A stretch of 64,000 nucleotides of DNA from Shigella phage JK32. A model generated the notes under the pieces. It made no database searches. It saw only the letters and a program-made list of their open reading frames with translations, and was not told the origin of the DNA. This document shows positions 45,701-54,998 of the stretch, piece after piece. The first letter of the stretch is position 1. Each line of letters opens with the position of its first letter. The translations under genes were made by a program, and so were the position numbers. The stretch lies in sequence record MK962753.1; one strand, written 5' to 3'.

Positions 45701-45882
45701 AGAACAGCGAATTGTTCCACGGACTTAAAGCAAGCGAACGAAGATTTGCAATGAGTCCACTGTTTGACCAGTCGGCGGTAACATTCTCTATGTTCCGTGA
45801 ACTTGTAGATAAACGGTTGAAGGATAATATAGGGAATCCACGCGATCCGAAGAATCCTACACAGAGGAAAATTAATGGCTAA
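42796..45882 (+). CDS. 7: Baseplate wedge protein gp7
   Basis: 1028 aa vs T4 gp7 1032 aa; synteny. Confidence 0.85.
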   Translation: MIKAPSVTSLTIEKLSANQAYITWDDVGENFFYFVELAETRTRDGEIIPVDELSWVNLGYTADQNWFEDKNLFPEYYYKFRVAVAAEGFEQSKWIETEEFQTFKTNAYNFSMMREFNLANEFIKEKFTYDNREYVKFNTDLIQASLMKEDFVFSPEYANMTNISNYIVVDENFHEIQDHIEKVCTDINRTMLAEMNGVLYLFERFQPIVKVSNDKGQSWKAYKAFNDRVGNPVSRTCVYQSKTTTYVLGYDRIFYGRQASDTRWSADDVRFSDDTITFAKVGDENDLGFDVEVFGVFSRLTGDTTKYAEAMACSDDYLWVGAKDVIRRIRLKNTPVDTVQGSPTFGEKIFDPDVIRVTGNDKAVIQKMDVIDGKLLVFVTGEVKQRYQDPTKPENVVPSDDAGVYLIGSDGLSFQRVFGNTPQEREYIQHGFSNMSTNGDEVFISHYNHHFESILPDPETAEKYELGEAVKYSQEPTYLTDKKIHQTTFRASYDDLRIWELGPQAYYNEADYTWMRRNGVRVWITNDNRPLVVYPEVIYTQEVDTSGILDQNRVNREVYDKGTVTCYLNNVKFEGFKQYASGVMFHKNTGEIIGFYQFNYRVRDQVGVYWKPTNVAFVAELQNQVREVPWVPVHYDREQDPDLRPLLNKMTPDSFLLENENFRKFSEYYLQFLSDGSGTYYNKLKNLIKNKYPREQDAYEYLWSEMNKRNIYADKNKRDAVVRFFESRKSDFYSTKGVEASYKFLFKLLYNEDVEIEVESQAGLEYDIVVSSTNIDEDIVGRTIYTPTGRANVTYLEREYEGGRLRWRVTIHNLIGRFEEGQVIKSEKTAFEGMILVGVRGKELLSSSIDYINRSRSQYTMKIKSALPVSRYANDVMRFVHPVGFGFIGVTLLTMFINSGLSMKHTETIIQSLKNYKFDSGLPSVYPDRVADLDVDGNIKKDPLTGKALYLTSPLIGDEFPVPPEYDQENSELFHGLKASERRFAMSPLFDQSAVTFSMFRELVDKRLKDNIGNPRDPKNPTQRKING

Positions 45883-46870
45883 TGAAAATAGTGTGATCTA
45901 TCGCTCAATCATTACTAGTAAATTCAGAACGGAAAAACTTCTGAATTTCTATAATTCTGTAGGCGATGGGGCAAATCAAATTACAATTTATGGAACGTTT
46001 GGACGTTCGGAGCCGTGGTCAGAAAACGAAAAAGAGGTGGGCTTTGCCCCACCTTATCCGACCGATTCAACGGCTGGCGTTGTTGATATGTGGACCCATA
46101 TGATGGGGGCGGTTAAGATTAATAAATCACTTCTTGATGCGGTTATCCCCCGTAAAGATTGGGGTGATACCGGACAGGATAACCCGCGCACATTCTTTAT
46201 CAATGACATTGTTGTTGTAAACTCAGCACCATATAACAGAACTGATGTTGGTAGTGGTTGGATGGTGTATCGAGTGACAGATGTTCCCGATCGCGGTTAT
46301 TGTTCTATTTCAAGCATTGACGCTAAAGTAGAGTGTTTGAAATTGGGTGGAAAATGGACACCTACGCATGAATCAATCGCGCCACCAGTAGGGAAAGGCG
46401 ATTCTATTGATATGGGTGACGGATATCGTTGGGAATATTTGTACACAATTCCGCCTGATGCGGCGATCAACCGTTGCACCAACGAGCATATTGTTGTGCC
46501 GTTCCCTGATGAACTGCGACAAGATCCGGCGCGTTGGGGCTATGACAATGTGATCACCTGGTATAATGACTATAATCTGCTTTATCGGCTGAAAGTAGTA
46601 ACTTTGCGTTTTCAGGCTTATATGGATTCCGCACAATTCCCAACGTCAGCGTTAGTGGGTAATACTGGCTTCCGTCAGTTAAGCATTATCCTTAACCCAT
46701 TGGAAAAGAAAGCACGCCCTAGCGATCCAGACGTTAAAGCGGTTAAAGATAAGTACCGTCCGCAAGACTTAGAGCCGCACTCAGGCGAAATGATCTACAT
46801 GGAAAACCGACAACCTATCGTTCGGTCATTAGATCAAACAGAACTTGTTTCTGTATTGTTTGAGTTCTAA
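45875..46870 (+). CDS. 8: Baseplate wedge protein gp8
   Basis: 331 aa vs T4 gp8 334 aa; synteny. Confidence 0.85.
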   Translation: MANENSVIYRSIITSKFRTEKLLNFYNSVGDGANQITIYGTFGRSEPWSENEKEVGFAPPYPTDSTAGVVDMWTHMMGAVKINKSLLDAVIPRKDWGDTGQDNPRTFFINDIVVVNSAPYNRTDVGSGWMVYRVTDVPDRGYCSISSIDAKVECLKLGGKWTPTHESIAPPVGKGDSIDMGDGYRWEYLYTIPPDAAINRCTNEHIVVPFPDELRQDPARWGYDNVITWYNDYNLLYRLKVVTLRFQAYMDSAQFPTSALVGNTGFRQLSIILNPLEKKARPSDPDVKAVKDKYRPQDLEPHSGEMIYMENRQPIVRSLDQTELVSVLFEF

Positions 46871-46882
46871 GTGTATGATTTA

Positions 46883-46910
46883 AAAGCCAATTCGAGAGAG
46901 TTGGCTTTTT
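46883..46910 (+). terminator. Rho-independent terminator after gene 8
   Basis: Hairpin gccaattcgagagagttggc followed by TTTTT. Confidence 0.65.
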
Positions 46911-46922
46911 CTATTTTGGGTG

Positions 46923-46950
46923 TTGACAATCTCATTTGGTAAGGTATAAT
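46923..46950 (+). promoter_or_regulatory. Consensus sigma70 promoter (TTGACA-16-TATAAT) inside the late baseplate cluster
   Basis: gTTGACAatctcatttggtaaggTATAATa, 30 nt upstream of ORF 46980. Confidence 0.65.
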
Positions 46951-46979
46951 ACACACATCTAAACAACGGAGGATAAATT

Positions 46980-47237
46980 ATGGCACGTCGTAAATTTACA
47001 GATAATTGTGAAGCAATTCAGGTATCCCCTTGCGGCTGGGATGTTATCGCAAACGGTGAGAAGATCGGGGAACTCATCGATCATACTCATTCATCACTAG
47101 CCGATTACACCGATGAACTATGGGAGGGTATTAATTGCGCTAACGTAACTAAACGATTCAAGACTATTGATGAGGCTATACATTTTGTGTATAATCCAAC
47201 TTTCGGTATGTGGAGTGATAGAAAATGGCACGCGTAA
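46980..47237 (+). CDS. Hypothetical protein, first gene of inserted module
   Basis: GGAGG Shine-Dalgarno; MARRK start; 85 aa. Confidence 0.55.
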   Translation: MARRKFTDNCEAIQVSPCGWDVIANGEKIGELIDHTHSSLADYTDELWEGINCANVTKRFKTIDEAIHFVYNPTFGMWSDRKWHA

Positions 47238-47557
47238 ATATTAAACTGCATTACACAATGAATAAAGCTAAGTTTCCAATGCAAAAGCATTACTATGGTC
47301 TACGTGCACAAGATCCTAAACTCTATGGTACTCATTGGTTTTGTAAACATGATAACCAATGGCACACATACGAAGAAATGCACGAGATGATGAAACAGGG
47401 TATTGAATTTAGTTATTCTAATTATGACCATCGTATAACTTGCATTCGAAAATTGAAGCGATGGATTCGTAAGAATCCGCAATTTAAAAACTTTGTGTTC
47501 TTTATGTCTCATGTTTATTTGGGTCATAGCGTTACCGTAACAGCAAAGGTTAAATAA
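47225..47557 (+). CDS. Hypothetical protein, second gene of inserted module
   Basis: MARVN start; overlaps upstream ORF by 13 nt. Confidence 0.55.
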   Translation: MARVNIKLHYTMNKAKFPMQKHYYGLRAQDPKLYGTHWFCKHDNQWHTYEEMHEMMKQGIEFSYSNYDHRITCIRKLKRWIRKNPQFKNFVFFMSHVYLGHSVTVTAKVK

Positions 47558-48396
47558 TGGCACGACTTTCCAAACAAGAACAAAAATTACACGACCGGGC
47601 AATGGAGCTAATCAATTCAGATCGTCCATTGACATATGAAGAAAAAGATTTTTGCTATAATAACTATCAGGGAGATGGTCTAGGTGGTTCTGGTGCATTC
47701 TTTACCCCAGAAGGGCTTGCATGGGATTTTACCATTGATGCACATTGTACCGGAAAAGTATTAGACCTGTGTGCTGGGATCGGTCGTTTATCTTTCTGTA
47801 TGTTGCATCGTTGTAAGCCAGAAAAGATCGTATGTGTCGAACTCAATCCAGAATTTGCGCGGATCGGTAAACGACTATTGCCGGAAGCAGAATGGATCAC
47901 CAGCGATGTATTCGAATTTGAATCAAACGAAAAATTTGATGTTGTAATTAGCAATCCACCTTTCGGGAAAATCAATACTACCGACACAAAGGATGTATTT
48001 GAGTACACTGGCGGCGAATTTGAATTTAAGGTTATGACATTAGGCCAGAAGTTTGCCGATGTTGGTTATTTTATTGTTCCTTCCGGTTCCGCTGGTTTTT
48101 CCTATTCCGGTAGACCTTATTATGACGGGACCATGAAGTCTAATAAATATCTAAAATGGAGCAAACAAACTGGTTTGGTGACTTATGCCGGATGTGGGAT
48201 CGATACATCAATCTATCGCGATGAATGGCATAGTACCAACGTTTTAACAGAAGTGGTTGAGGTTCGGTATTACGAGAAAGAAGCCGTAGAATCTCCTAAA
48301 TCGCGTCCTAACGAACAAATAGAAGAAAGTAAGGAGATTACCTTACCAAAACAGGAAAGCGAGTCTGGGACGCTCTCAGATTTGTTTGACATTTAA
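47557..48396 (+). CDS. SAM-dependent methyltransferase (N6-adenine DNA MTase-like, NPPF)
   Basis: Motif I VLDLCAGIGRLS and motif IV VISNPPFGK; TAATG stop/start coupling; Ser/Glu-rich tail. Confidence 0.65.
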   Translation: MARLSKQEQKLHDRAMELINSDRPLTYEEKDFCYNNYQGDGLGGSGAFFTPEGLAWDFTIDAHCTGKVLDLCAGIGRLSFCMLHRCKPEKIVCVELNPEFARIGKRLLPEAEWITSDVFEFESNEKFDVVISNPPFGKINTTDTKDVFEYTGGEFEFKVMTLGQKFADVGYFIVPSGSAGFSYSGRPYYDGTMKSNKYLKWSKQTGLVTYAGCGIDTSIYRDEWHSTNVLTEVVEVRYYEKEAVESPKSRPNEQIEESKEITLPKQESESGTLSDLFDI

Positions 48397-48400
48397 TTAT

Positions 48401-48426
48401 AAGCCGTCCTTGTGGGCGGCTTTTTT
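48401..48426 (+). terminator. Rho-independent terminator after methyltransferase module
   Basis: Hairpin agccgtccttgtgggcggct followed by T6. Confidence 0.6.
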
Positions 48427-48436
48427 GTATGTATTT

Positions 48437-48444
48437 TATAAATA
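48437..48444 (+). promoter_or_regulatory. T4-type late promoter TATAAATA upstream of gene 9
   Basis: Exact TATAAATA 28 nt before ATG of gene 9. Confidence 0.6.
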
Positions 48445-48471
48445 ATACATCATAACATGAGGAATTAAACA

Positions 48472-49326
48472 ATGGCACAAGTTCCAAAGAAAAGAATAGA
48501 CACGGGTACTGTCGGCAATCCATCGACTGGCGATATCTTATATGATGGCGGTAATAAAATTAACGATAACTTTGATTCAATATATGACGCATTTGCTGAT
48601 CAGCGGTTTAAAGACGTAGACCACGGTGTAGGAAGAATGGTTATTCATGCAACCGGATACTATCAGAAGCATCCACGTCAAAGCTACGCTGGTTCCGCTG
48701 TTGAGATTGGGAGTCTACACGATATCGATACAACTCAAGGCGCACTTATTGCTATTCTACCTAAAGCAAAGGTTGGCGAGGGTGTTGTATTCATAAATAG
48801 TAACGGTAGCCTTTCAACGACGACACCGCTCAATATTCGAACTCAAGCAGGTGATTCTATTAGCGGGTATTCCGGTGATGCTACAATAACACAACCATTT
48901 TCAAAAGTCACTGTTTGGTGTACTGCCGTTGAAGGTAGTCGCGTAACATGGCGATTGGGTATCGAAAGTATGTTTACCGATACAACAACGCCATTAGATA
49001 AAACAGTTAACGTAACTGGAGTAGCAACAAACGTTGCTATTGCCGCAAAAACAGAATACGTTTCCATCAAATTATTAACTACCGCTAGCAATACATCCGG
49101 TTCAAAAATGCGTTCAAGTGAAACGCTACTGATGATTGATTCTAAAGCCGGAAAAGTTTATGCGACGGAATATGCAGTTTTGCAGAAGACAGAAGATGAA
49201 CTATACACGGTTCGTTATTTCATCGGTTCCGGCGATAAAGTATATGCAGAGTATAAGGCTACTGGCGAAAATATTCGTTTGGCAGTTAAAGCCGTAGACA
49301 CTATTAAAATCGGGGTTGCTACATGA
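48472..49326 (+). CDS. 9: Baseplate wedge / long-tail-fibre socket protein gp9
   Basis: 284 aa vs T4 gp9 288 aa; synteny. Confidence 0.8.
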   Translation: MAQVPKKRIDTGTVGNPSTGDILYDGGNKINDNFDSIYDAFADQRFKDVDHGVGRMVIHATGYYQKHPRQSYAGSAVEIGSLHDIDTTQGALIAILPKAKVGEGVVFINSNGSLSTTTPLNIRTQAGDSISGYSGDATITQPFSKVTVWCTAVEGSRVTWRLGIESMFTDTTTPLDKTVNVTGVATNVAIAAKTEYVSIKLLTTASNTSGSKMRSSETLLMIDSKAGKVYATEYAVLQKTEDELYTVRYFIGSGDKVYAEYKATGENIRLAVKAVDTIKIGVAT

Positions 49327-51125
49327 AACAATTAATTAATATCGGTAACGTTGTTGATGACGGTACAGGTGATTATCTAAGAAAAGGTGGTCAAAAGATT
49401 AATGACAACTTTTCTGAACTTTACACTAAGCTGGGGGATGGTGATATCCCTCATGCATCCGGCGCGTGGAAAACTCACACACAACCAGTATTAAAACCAA
49501 ATTTTGGTGATGCATGGGCGATTAATACAACGAACAACGCTGTTTCTGTTGAATTGCCTAAAGGAAGCGCGAGTGATTACAATAAAACAATTAAACTTCG
49601 TGATGTTTGGCGCTCATGGGCTGCACATAACGTAACATTGAAGCCAGCACAAGGTGATACCATTAAGGGATCTCCAATCGACCGTGAGTTGTATAAAGAT
49701 TTCATGGATGTTGAATTGGTTTATTGTGCGCCTGGACGTTGGGAATATGTCGAAAATAAACGAGTAGATACTATCACCACTTCCGATTTAAGCACAGTCG
49801 CTAAGGAAGTTTATATTGCAACCGAAGGACAAACAGACTTCCCCAATGTGTTTGGTTCCAATACTTACAATATTCGAAATGTTGAAGTGTATTATCGCGG
49901 TAACTTGCTTTATTATGGCAAGGATTTAACCGATGATTCTAACTATGGTTCAATCGGTGAAAACGGTGATATTGTTCCGCTGGACGGTAAAAGCATTAAA
50001 TTACGCTTCCCTTGTTCGGCTGGTGATACCATTCAAATCATCACTTATATGGACGGTATCGCATCCTTCCGGTCAAGCTATATTACTCATACAATCCGCG
50101 TTTATGAAACAGGAATGACCACTTTGGAATCCATCCCCGGTGAAGTTTGGGTTGGTGAACTAGCTAATAAGAAAGAATTTACTAATGCTGAATTAGGCGT
50201 AAGTAAGCGAGATCTTATTAATCCAAATTCATTTGAATTGCTGATCAACGGCACACAAATGATTAAAGCGGGTGATGCGGATTTACCTTCCTTTATTTGT
50301 GAAGGTGCTGACGGCGAAACAGAAGAAACTTGTGTACTTGCTGGCGGTCAATGGGTGGAATCTGGGGAAGATTATTCATTGATGTTCGACGAAAACAGCG
50401 TGGTGACTGGTATTAAATTATCTAAAGCACTAGATAACCGAGATACTATCACAATTCGCTGGTTTAATAATGATATCGGAACATTAATGGAATGGGACGG
50501 TGTAGGCGGTATTAAAGAAAAAGCAGATAAAATCTATCTTAATAACGAAGATGAAGTTACTCTGACAAATCGAATTGAATATACCGATTTCCAGAATCCA
50601 AGCCAAGCGACTAAACGCCCAATGGAAGATTATACAGGTCGTGTGATGGATATCTATTCCATATTCGATATTTTCTATCCTATAGGCACAATTTATGAAA
50701 ATGCGCATAACCCAGCTAACCCAGCGACCTATATGGGAGTTGGTACATGGGTACGTTATGCAGAAAAAGAATTTTTAGTTGGTTGGTCTTCTGACGCAAG
50801 CGATCAAAACTTCGCACTAAACAACAACGATCTTGATACACATGGTCAACCTACACACACCGCAGGTGGTAACGGTGGTGATGTTGCATACCAGATCAAG
50901 AAAAATATGATTCCTGAATTACAGAGCGACGATCGAGTTCTTGTAAAAGATGATAACGGAAATATTATTATTGGTGGTTGTCAGGTAGACCCTGATGCAG
51001 TAGGTCCAGCGTTTACCAAATATCGCGAAGATAATGTTAAAGTTAATCAGGGAAATACCGATCCATCAATGATTGGTATTCTTCCTCCATACAGAACTGT
51101 CTATCGTTGGCTAAGGGTAGGTTAA
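49323..51125 (+). CDS. 10: Baseplate wedge protein gp10
   Basis: 600 aa vs T4 gp10 602 aa; synteny. Confidence 0.85.
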   Translation: MKQLINIGNVVDDGTGDYLRKGGQKINDNFSELYTKLGDGDIPHASGAWKTHTQPVLKPNFGDAWAINTTNNAVSVELPKGSASDYNKTIKLRDVWRSWAAHNVTLKPAQGDTIKGSPIDRELYKDFMDVELVYCAPGRWEYVENKRVDTITTSDLSTVAKEVYIATEGQTDFPNVFGSNTYNIRNVEVYYRGNLLYYGKDLTDDSNYGSIGENGDIVPLDGKSIKLRFPCSAGDTIQIITYMDGIASFRSSYITHTIRVYETGMTTLESIPGEVWVGELANKKEFTNAELGVSKRDLINPNSFELLINGTQMIKAGDADLPSFICEGADGETEETCVLAGGQWVESGEDYSLMFDENSVVTGIKLSKALDNRDTITIRWFNNDIGTLMEWDGVGGIKEKADKIYLNNEDEVTLTNRIEYTDFQNPSQATKRPMEDYTGRVMDIYSIFDIFYPIGTIYENAHNPANPATYMGVGTWVRYAEKEFLVGWSSDASDQNFALNNNDLDTHGQPTHTAGGNGGDVAYQIKKNMIPELQSDDRVLVKDDNGNIIIGGCQVDPDAVGPAFTKYREDNVKVNQGNTDPSMIGILPPYRTVYRWLRVG

Positions 51126-51126
51126 T

Positions 51127-51771
51127 ATGATTTCGAAAACACGTTCAAAAGCTAGTGTATTTTCCAGCGATGCGGCGTTTATTTCATACGATCCAGGATC
51201 GAAAGATCCTGTTATCGGTGGTTCTCGTCCTATTGGTGGTGTTAATGTCGATCAATCAAGAAAAGGTTCCTATGTAAACAACGTTCAATCTGCAATTGAT
51301 GACCTTTATTCATTGTCAATGATCCGAATTGGTGACGTTTTAGTAACAACAAATTCAACTGCACCACAATCGGCAGGGCAAATTGAAACATTAACATTTG
51401 CAGGAAGTGTTAATAATCAACATAACCCAGAAGCAAAGAAAGTATTAATTGATGTTTTGGGTTATCCATTTATTGTTGATGTTGGGTCTTCCGGCGTTTC
51501 TTTATGTGAGAAAGTAACGGAAAAATTTACCGAACTAATGAATAAAAACATTATGTTCAAAGAAGTAAAAAGAAAAGGAAGTAGCAACGATCAATTAGAA
51601 ATTCATTATATCGATTCTCTTGAACATCCACCAACCGATATTAACAAGTACGGAATTACAATCACAGGAAATGTTGATTCCCCTGCTCGTGTTGGTTATG
51701 GTTCATGGTCTCGCATGGGTACAGAAGAGAAATTTGGAACTACCCTATATTATTTCAAACGTATTGCATAA
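51127..51771 (+). CDS. 11: Baseplate wedge protein gp11
   Basis: 214 aa vs T4 gp11 219 aa; synteny. Confidence 0.8.
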   Translation: MISKTRSKASVFSSDAAFISYDPGSKDPVIGGSRPIGGVNVDQSRKGSYVNNVQSAIDDLYSLSMIRIGDVLVTTNSTAPQSAGQIETLTFAGSVNNQHNPEAKKVLIDVLGYPFIVDVGSSGVSLCEKVTEKFTELMNKNIMFKEVKRKGSSNDQLEIHYIDSLEHPPTDINKYGITITGNVDSPARVGYGSWSRMGTEEKFGTTLYYFKRIA

Positions 51772-51782
51772 GGTGATGTATA

Positions 51783-53183
51783 ATGGCAAACAATACTATT
51801 AACCATGTAAAAGACGATGCTCAATACGTCAAGTTTAACCCTGTAAATGATTGGCCTCAAAGCATTACCAACGTACAAGCGGCTTTAGCCGCTATTAACG
51901 GCTTTGCCGTAAATGGATTACCGGACGCTACGGAAGATACAGCCGGGATCGCTGCAATCGCAACTCAGGAAGAAGTAAACGACGGTACAGTAGACAATAA
52001 GATCGTGACTCCAAAAACACTGGCGGTTAAAAAGTCACGTCCAGATGCCACAAAAGAAGTAAAGGGTATCACCCGATTTGCCACGATGGAAGAATCGCTG
52101 CAAGAGAGCAACGAGAACATGGCAATTGGTCCAGACACACTAAACCATTACTTCACCACTAAAAAGGCGTCAGAGAGCGTTCAGGGGACTATTAAGATAT
52201 GTTCTCTTGAGGCAGCAAAGATTGGCAGTGATGACACAATGGCAGTAACACCGAAAAAGATGCACACTGCCATTGCACAGATTGTACCCGGATTAATTCC
52301 AGATCAAAACACAGCAACCGAAAGCGCACAGGGTTTAGTTCAGTTAGCAACCAATGCGCAAGTTTTACAAGGCCAGATTCGAGAAGGTTTTGCAATTAGC
52401 CCTTATGCATTTGCAAATGCTCGCGCCAATGAGAATCAGGCGGGTACTGTTAAGATCGCCAGCCAGTCACAGATGAATGCTGGTTCAGATGATACTGTAG
52501 TTGTTTCTGCTAAGAAGTTTGCAAGCACTAAGGCAACAACGTCTCAATACGGTATTGTTAAACTACGAGACACCGTAGGAAGTGAGGCTAACGCTGCACT
52601 ATCAGCAAATGCTAAGGTTCTTCCTAGCACTGGCGGTACGGTAAGCGGAAACGTCTATAAAGGTTCTAACTCAGACGGCAACCAGTTTGTTACTAAAAAT
52701 GAATTAGCGAGTCACGCAATGCCAATTGGTGGTATTATCCTTTCTGGATTCAATGCTGATCGCGGTGACTTTCTGATCTGTAATGGTCGTTCACTGAATA
52801 AAAATCAATATCCGCAATTATTTTCTGCGATTGGTTATACCTTTGGTGGTTCAGGTAACAATTTTAACCTTCCTGATATGCGCGGTTTAGTTGCTCGTGG
52901 TTGCGATCATGGAAGAAACTTTGATCCATGCCGTCGATTTGGTTCTTATCAAGAAGACGCAATGCAGAGAATTACTGGTAAATTCCCTGTAGCTGACCGC
53001 TGGCGCGGTTGGTATGGTGGCGCATTTACTGCACAGCGCGGTCAATGGAGCACGAACTATAAAAACGGTGGGGGTGATGATTGGGGTTCTACTGTTAACT
53101 TTGACTCAGGAAGATCCGTAAGAACGGCTAACGAGACTCGCGTCAAGAGTCTGGCATTAAACTACATCATAAGGGTGCGCTAA
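51783..53183 (+). CDS. 12: Short tail fibre protein gp12
   Basis: Repetitive fibre region then C-terminal collar/receptor-binding domain; synteny. Confidence 0.8.
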   Translation: MANNTINHVKDDAQYVKFNPVNDWPQSITNVQAALAAINGFAVNGLPDATEDTAGIAAIATQEEVNDGTVDNKIVTPKTLAVKKSRPDATKEVKGITRFATMEESLQESNENMAIGPDTLNHYFTTKKASESVQGTIKICSLEAAKIGSDDTMAVTPKKMHTAIAQIVPGLIPDQNTATESAQGLVQLATNAQVLQGQIREGFAISPYAFANARANENQAGTVKIASQSQMNAGSDDTVVVSAKKFASTKATTSQYGIVKLRDTVGSEANAALSANAKVLPSTGGTVSGNVYKGSNSDGNQFVTKNELASHAMPIGGIILSGFNADRGDFLICNGRSLNKNQYPQLFSAIGYTFGGSGNNFNLPDMRGLVARGCDHGRNFDPCRRFGSYQEDAMQRITGKFPVADRWRGWYGGAFTAQRGQWSTNYKNGGGDDWGSTVNFDSGRSVRTANETRVKSLALNYIIRVR

Positions 53184-54952
53184 TGATTGAACAATTAAAC
53201 ATTCGTAACATTCCTAACGTTGATGGTGTACCGGGCGAAGGCCAACACTCAATCATGTGGATGAAAAATGGTGAATGTTTAAGCGCAGCAACTACCCAGA
53301 CTGGTCATGACGGTACGCTTAACCGCGTACCTTATGCTATTCAGGAAAACGTTGTTCGCTTAGACGAAAACGCTAAAACAACTAAGACAAAAATTAATGA
53401 GATCGTAACTGCCGTTAATGACATTAAAACGACTTTAGGTGCAATCGGTGACGGTAGCGTTATTGATATTGTAAACCAAACAATCGAACATGTCAATGCA
53501 GTCGAGGAAAACTTAGGAGAAACCGCAAGAACTCTCCAGACTGCCGTAACTGGTCTGGAAGGTGTTCAAATCAAGATCGGTGTTCGTCCAGCAGCAGATC
53601 CGAGCACACGAACGATCTATGATGATATTTCCTTCATTAAACAGGAGATGGGTGCATATCCGGGATTTAACATCAACGGACAGCCGGAAGCAGATAACTC
53701 CGGTTCTGGTATGAAATATCGTTTAATGCAGAATACAGCAGCATTAAACAACCACGGTCAACGAATCTCCCAATTAGAAAGCGATTGGCAAGATTCTGAT
53801 GTGGGCGATCTGACCGAGAAGGTAAACAAATTTCGTAGCGAACTAGGCGACACTTCCCTAGCCACACAGGATAATGTTTATCTTCGCTTGCGTACCAATA
53901 CCCGCAATATTGCTAACTTATCAAATGAAGTCTTAGAAGTCAAGAAAGCAATTTTATTCGATGCGGTTCCTGATATCGGGACGAAAGTAACAAACCTTAC
54001 TGCAAACTTTGACCGTTTAGACAGTGAAGTCAACGGCGTAGATTCTGGTATTCGTCCGCGACTGACGGCAATCGAAAATAAAATTGGCAATCCTCAAGCC
54101 GCAGGAAGTCTTGATTATCGTTTAACTAATCAGGAACGAGAATTTAATGACCTGAAAGTTACAGTTGGTGTTAGTGGCGCAGATGGCCTACGCGGTGAAG
54201 TTGCACGGTTGACTAACCAGATCGGGACCGACGTTGATCGTCATACTATCGCCGGACGAATCAAGATTATCGAAAACACACAAGGCCGTTTAGAAGCAAG
54301 TGTCCAGGACATTGAGCAAATGGTAGGCAATGCGCAATCCGGTATTGTCGCTGGTGTGATGAAACTGTCAACTGATATGTATGGTGATCCACAAGGCGCT
54401 GATCAGTTTACTCAAGATGGTATTGTGAAAACTGTCAAGGCGATCCAAAAATCTGATGCTGGTAAAGTCTCCGATGTTCCTGATGATGGGTATCATTATC
54501 TGCGTAAACACGGTGAATGGGTACAAGTGGCATATGCGGCGGGGGCATTCAAAAACACTACCGATATTACACTAGAACTTGATGCACAAGACACATACAA
54601 GGGTATTCCTTTGACGGACATGACCGCAGAAGTTCCGGTACGTCAGATGGTTAAAAGCGATTCGCTGGTTACTGTACAGGATAAAGGTTTATTCCGTTGT
54701 GTATTCCGCACATCGATTCACGCACAGCATAATGCTACCTTCGTGGTCGGTATTTTCAAAAACGGGCAAATTGTGCACGAGGTAAGAAATGGTCATTATG
54801 GAACTGATGAATTAATTAGCTATTCTACCAGTGCTTTCCTAAATATTGAAAAGGGCGACCGGATCGATATTCGTATTAAGGGTGTATCCGAAGAAGCATT
54901 AGCGCAACCGCTACAAATTAAAGAGTTCCTCTTTGGAATTTCTCCGGTATAA
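53183..54952 (+). CDS. wac: Fibritin (whiskers) with extra C-terminal domain
   Basis: Long coiled-coil; foldon-like GYHYLRKHGEWVQV followed by about 130 extra residues. Confidence 0.8.
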   Translation: MIEQLNIRNIPNVDGVPGEGQHSIMWMKNGECLSAATTQTGHDGTLNRVPYAIQENVVRLDENAKTTKTKINEIVTAVNDIKTTLGAIGDGSVIDIVNQTIEHVNAVEENLGETARTLQTAVTGLEGVQIKIGVRPAADPSTRTIYDDISFIKQEMGAYPGFNINGQPEADNSGSGMKYRLMQNTAALNNHGQRISQLESDWQDSDVGDLTEKVNKFRSELGDTSLATQDNVYLRLRTNTRNIANLSNEVLEVKKAILFDAVPDIGTKVTNLTANFDRLDSEVNGVDSGIRPRLTAIENKIGNPQAAGSLDYRLTNQEREFNDLKVTVGVSGADGLRGEVARLTNQIGTDVDRHTIAGRIKIIENTQGRLEASVQDIEQMVGNAQSGIVAGVMKLSTDMYGDPQGADQFTQDGIVKTVKAIQKSDAGKVSDVPDDGYHYLRKHGEWVQVAYAAGAFKNTTDITLELDAQDTYKGIPLTDMTAEVPVRQMVKSDSLVTVQDKGLFRCVFRTSIHAQHNATFVVGIFKNGQIVHEVRNGHYGTDELISYSTSAFLNIEKGDRIDIRIKGVSEEALAQPLQIKEFLFGISPV

Positions 54953-54958
54953 GAAATT

Positions 54959-54980
54959 AAAGGGGCGTTAAGCCCCTTTT
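54959..54980 (+). terminator. Rho-independent terminator after wac
   Basis: Hairpin aggggcgttaagcccct followed by TTTT. Confidence 0.65.
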
Positions 54981-54998
54981 CCGTTTATAGGTGATATT

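Noticed and set aside
41577-47602. Minus-strand ORFs inside late structural genes (for example 41825-42028, 42952-43224, 43693-43959, 44296-44712, 46373-46636, 47300-47602)
   Set aside because: Antisense to conserved baseplate genes with no expression signals; shadow ORFs.
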